A stretch of DNA of 55,373 bases from Octopus bimaculoides (lineage: Eukaryota), in NCBI RefSeq assembly GCF_001194135.2, contig NC_068983.1, forward strand, positions 67,538,300 to 67,593,672, read 5' to 3'. The notes beneath the pieces were generated by a model. That model saw only the letters and a list, made by a program, of their open reading frames with translations, was not told the DNA's origin and ran no database searches. The translations under genes and the position numbers were made by a program. How positions within the stretch are numbered: the stretch's first letter is position 1; each line of letters opens with the position of its first letter. Below, one piece after another: positions 51,863-55,373 of this stretch.

Positions 51863-52334
51863 TTATTGTTCTATAGATGTGAGCTGGGATTGGACTTCTG
51901 TCAATGCGCGCACGTATCACCGTAAATAGTGTAAATTCTAATTGAGGGTGTTGTCGTTTAGAATCTTTGTTATTGTTATTGAATAGACATTTTGTAAAAT
52001 ATTCTTGTTTTTCTTTTTCATCTATGATGATTCTTCCAGTATTATCACTATTTGAGAATCAAGTCGAGATTGCCTGAATTTCGTGTTAGTTAATTTTATG
52101 GTTGAGTGTATAATAAACATGGCACGTGTAAACAACATAGTGAGTACAATAAATATAGTTTGTGTGATAAATATAGATACATCACAACGATCAGCAAATA
52201 CTTAACATGAAACGCAGACAAGCTCTGTCTGTCTGTCTCTGTCTCTGTCTGTGTCTGTCTGTTTGTCTGTCTATCTGTCTGTCTGTCTCTCTCTCTCTCT
52301 GTGTCTNNNNNNNNNNTCTCTCTCTGTCTATCTG

Positions 52335-52372
<38 letters not shown>

Positions 52373-53107
52373 TCTCTCTCTTTCTCTCCCTCTCTCTCTC
52401 TGTCTCTCTCTCTCACTCTGCCTTAAATAGTTACATCATCATATTTTAGTGTGATTGGAGTAATATGCTTATAATTACGATTAACAAAAATGCAGGTTTC
52501 GAAGTATACAAATACATGCCTGTACATACACGATGGCTATTGATATCTATACAGATACAAAATGTCAGTGCTGAATTCTGTACTTAGAAGAGCATGTAGA
52601 TTCTCTACCCTAAACGAAGTTCAAAACATTTTAAGAAATCTATTGGTTAAAACATAATTATTAGCAGGAAATACTCTTAAAAATTAATAGACTAAATCGA
52701 AGAACAATGCAAGACAAATACAACGCAATGAATATACCAGACTGTACACTTATTGAAAATACACAAGCCATAAAAAGCATTACATGAATCAACTCCATAT
52801 TAATTATAAAATAGAAGAACTCATTATCGCAACCCTCGTATAACAGAACATAAAATGCAGAATATTTATTCATAAACTAACATTAATAATACTACTTGCC
52901 AAACCCCAGTGGAAATTTCTATTCACTATAATAAATAGAAAAAAAAAAAAAAAGAGAACAATGTCACCGCTGCTTCAACCACTATTTTGACTACCTGCAA
53001 TGCAAAAGCAACCGCCAGTAGTAATCAAAACCAAGAAAGAAACGTCATCACCACCTCCAACAATAGACAAACAAACGGTTATCATGAAGTACAACTGTTA
53101 CATTTTG

Positions 53108-55098
53108 AATGTTCACATTTACGACGAGAATATTCAGATTCATTGTTTTACTCCAATACGAAACAGCTTATTCGCTATCGTCTTCTTATCGCTATTACAA
53201 GCACTACCACCACTGCCATAGGAAACATGAATTATTTATCTTCACTCTGAAATCACTATAAAAATATAAATGTATGCAGTGTTCTAACTACCATAATGTA
53301 GTCCATATGTCTTAAATCGAATGTCAGTTATTTTTTCATGGAATTTGACAGAACCTTGTACAGTAAAAAAAAAAAATTAATGTTTAAAAATTAGTTTAAC
53401 AAATGTTTAAAATGTATAACTAATTTCTGTTTTATGCTAAAAGCTTGAATATGTATTAAATACAGAAAACGCACACAGTTACAGTTCTATTATAATCTGC
53501 CATAAAAGACTTGAAATCATTTACATACCATATATAATTGAAAGTGAAATTTTTATTCAACATCAATGAGATGTATTTACAAATAACGAAAGGATACAGA
53601 ACATATAATATTGGTAGTCATGGTGATGGTGGTGACGGCATCACTGCAATTACCATTAACCAATAACAACAAACATTACTACCTCTTTCACTTTCTTTCG
53701 CCCTCTCTTTTTTTCTCTTTCTTGCCATTTACCATTATCGTCATTAATATCAACACGCTAAACACCACTACCATGACTGCCAAGTTTCATATTCTGAGTT
53801 ACTTCCCTTAGCGTGACGAACTCCTGGCGTTAACGACACAAAGATGTTTATATTATAAGGATACCAAAATTAAAATCTTTCTTATTATTCACAAACCACA
53901 AGTCATCAAACCTACGAAGACGCTATTAACAAACAACGTGATTTACAAATGTTATTGTAGAAATGAAGGTTGTAATCTTCCCCAATGCAATTTTTATGTT
54001 TACCATATGATTACAACACGCTCCTATCGGCTCGCTCTCAACCACAACGAGGAACAATTACATTAATCTACATCACAAACGAAAAACCAAAAATATTTGT
54101 AAACACGTCTATCCTACCCATAATCTCCGGCCATAACAGACGATTGATGGTGGAAGCGATTCTCATAGTATTGCACAATGCTAAAGTAAATACATAGATA
54201 ACATATTGCAGTCACAAAGAAAAAGACCTGAGTGATGAGGCATGCATCTAACTGTCAATATCTACAGCAATCTCATTTGCTCTGCTTTCTGACAAGATGC
54301 GGTAATAAACTTCTTCTGAAAGGTAAGACTGTGAACGTCTGAAAATGTTGATCAAATATTTGAGAGGTTTACTGTTTGAAATAAGCTGTAAGGAATTCAT
54401 ACAAGAATATGAAACAGCCTTGATAAAACATAAAGCTTAAACACAGTCATATTCTAGTGGAGCACACGCAAGTGCATTTAAAACATGCGGCTAAAATGTT
54501 GCCATTCTTTCTTCTCATCGCTTATCACACATTTTTTACTCTGCCTATTACTCTAACCCGTTAAATTGCCTCTTACTCCAACAAACTCACTGTTTTAAGG
54601 AATCGGATCACATACTTCACACCTTCGTTTATACCAAATGTTCACATTTACGAAGAGAATATCCAGATTCAGTGTTTCATGAGTTGAATCAGAGACAACT
54701 TTTAAAATATATATAAATTTTACTCCAATAAGAAACAGCTTATTCGCTATCATATTCATATCGATATTACAAGCACTACCACCACTGCCATGAGAAACAA
54801 AGATTATTTATCTTCACTCTGAAATCACTATAAAATATAAATGCCTACAGTGTTCTAATTAACATATTGTAGTTCATATGTCTTAAATCAAATGTCAATT
54901 ATTTCTTTCAGGGAATTTAACAGAACTTTGTACAGTAAAAAAAAAAAAAAAAAGAATTAATGTTTAAAAAATTAGCTTAACAAATTTTTTTAAAGTTTCT
55001 GTCATGCTAAAAGCTTGAATATATATTAAATACAGTAAACACTCACAGTTACAGTTCTATCATAATCTGCCATATAAGACTTGAAATCATTTACATAC
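53108..55098 (+). repeat. Direct duplication of about 420-460 bp (53108-53528 and 54637-55098)
   Basis: Colinear match including an internal poly-A; the second copy has an insertion of about 45 bp near 54678-54720. Confidence 0.9.
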
Positions 55099-55373
55099 TT
55101 TTTAAATGATTTACATACAAAGCATGGAAATTGTAATAAGAAGATAGAGAATGTTGTTTTCTGGCAGAAAACGTTTGATCTGCCAACTATATCAGTACCT
55201 AATAATATTTTCATCTATGAAAGATGCCATTAAAGAGTATCGGCTGATCTCGGTATTTAACGAGAGAGTTTCTACTTGGGTGCTTGACCAGATGGACATA
55301 GCTGCCAGATCTCTTTCAGCTCACACCCTACTGTCTTAAATAAAGGAATATTGGAAATGCAGATCCTGATATA

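Noticed and set aside
54213-54327. AG..AAG/GTAAG exon-like segment
   Set aside because: Stops in most frames and no recognisable product.
55151-55339. 62-aa ORF at the window end
   Set aside because: Overlaps a reverse copy of the recurrent repeat seen at 37370-38150.

Overview
AT-rich, microsatellite-dense animal genomic DNA from a gapped short-read assembly. The SINE, MITE and LINE families look like octopus (cephalopod) repeats; this is recognition from memory, not a database hit. I can support no intact host protein-coding gene: most track ORFs are read-through of (CA)n/(TA)n/(TAA)n repeats or N-gaps, and only weak exon and promoter candidates exist. The window is mostly transposon debris: many tRNA-derived SINEs of three families, three mariner relics, R4/Dong and L1/Tx1 LINE fragments, several MITEs, and a decayed 5'-truncated HERO-like (R2-group, REL-endonuclease) retrotransposon at about 38.5-41.5 kb. 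The most interesting signals are RNA-level. (1) A hammerhead-ribozyme-like motif in a non-circularly permuted segment order in the 3' UTR of the HERO-like element, whose coding relic is also bracketed by about 265-bp LTR-like direct repeats. (2) Minimal type-I hammerhead motifs beside (TA)n tracts, one as a mirror-image pair inside a 172-bp hairpin. (3) A 259-bp fold-back MITE with a perfect 9-bp target-site duplication and (TTAGGG)3 in its loop. All structures were folded by eye and none has been tested computationally or experimentally.
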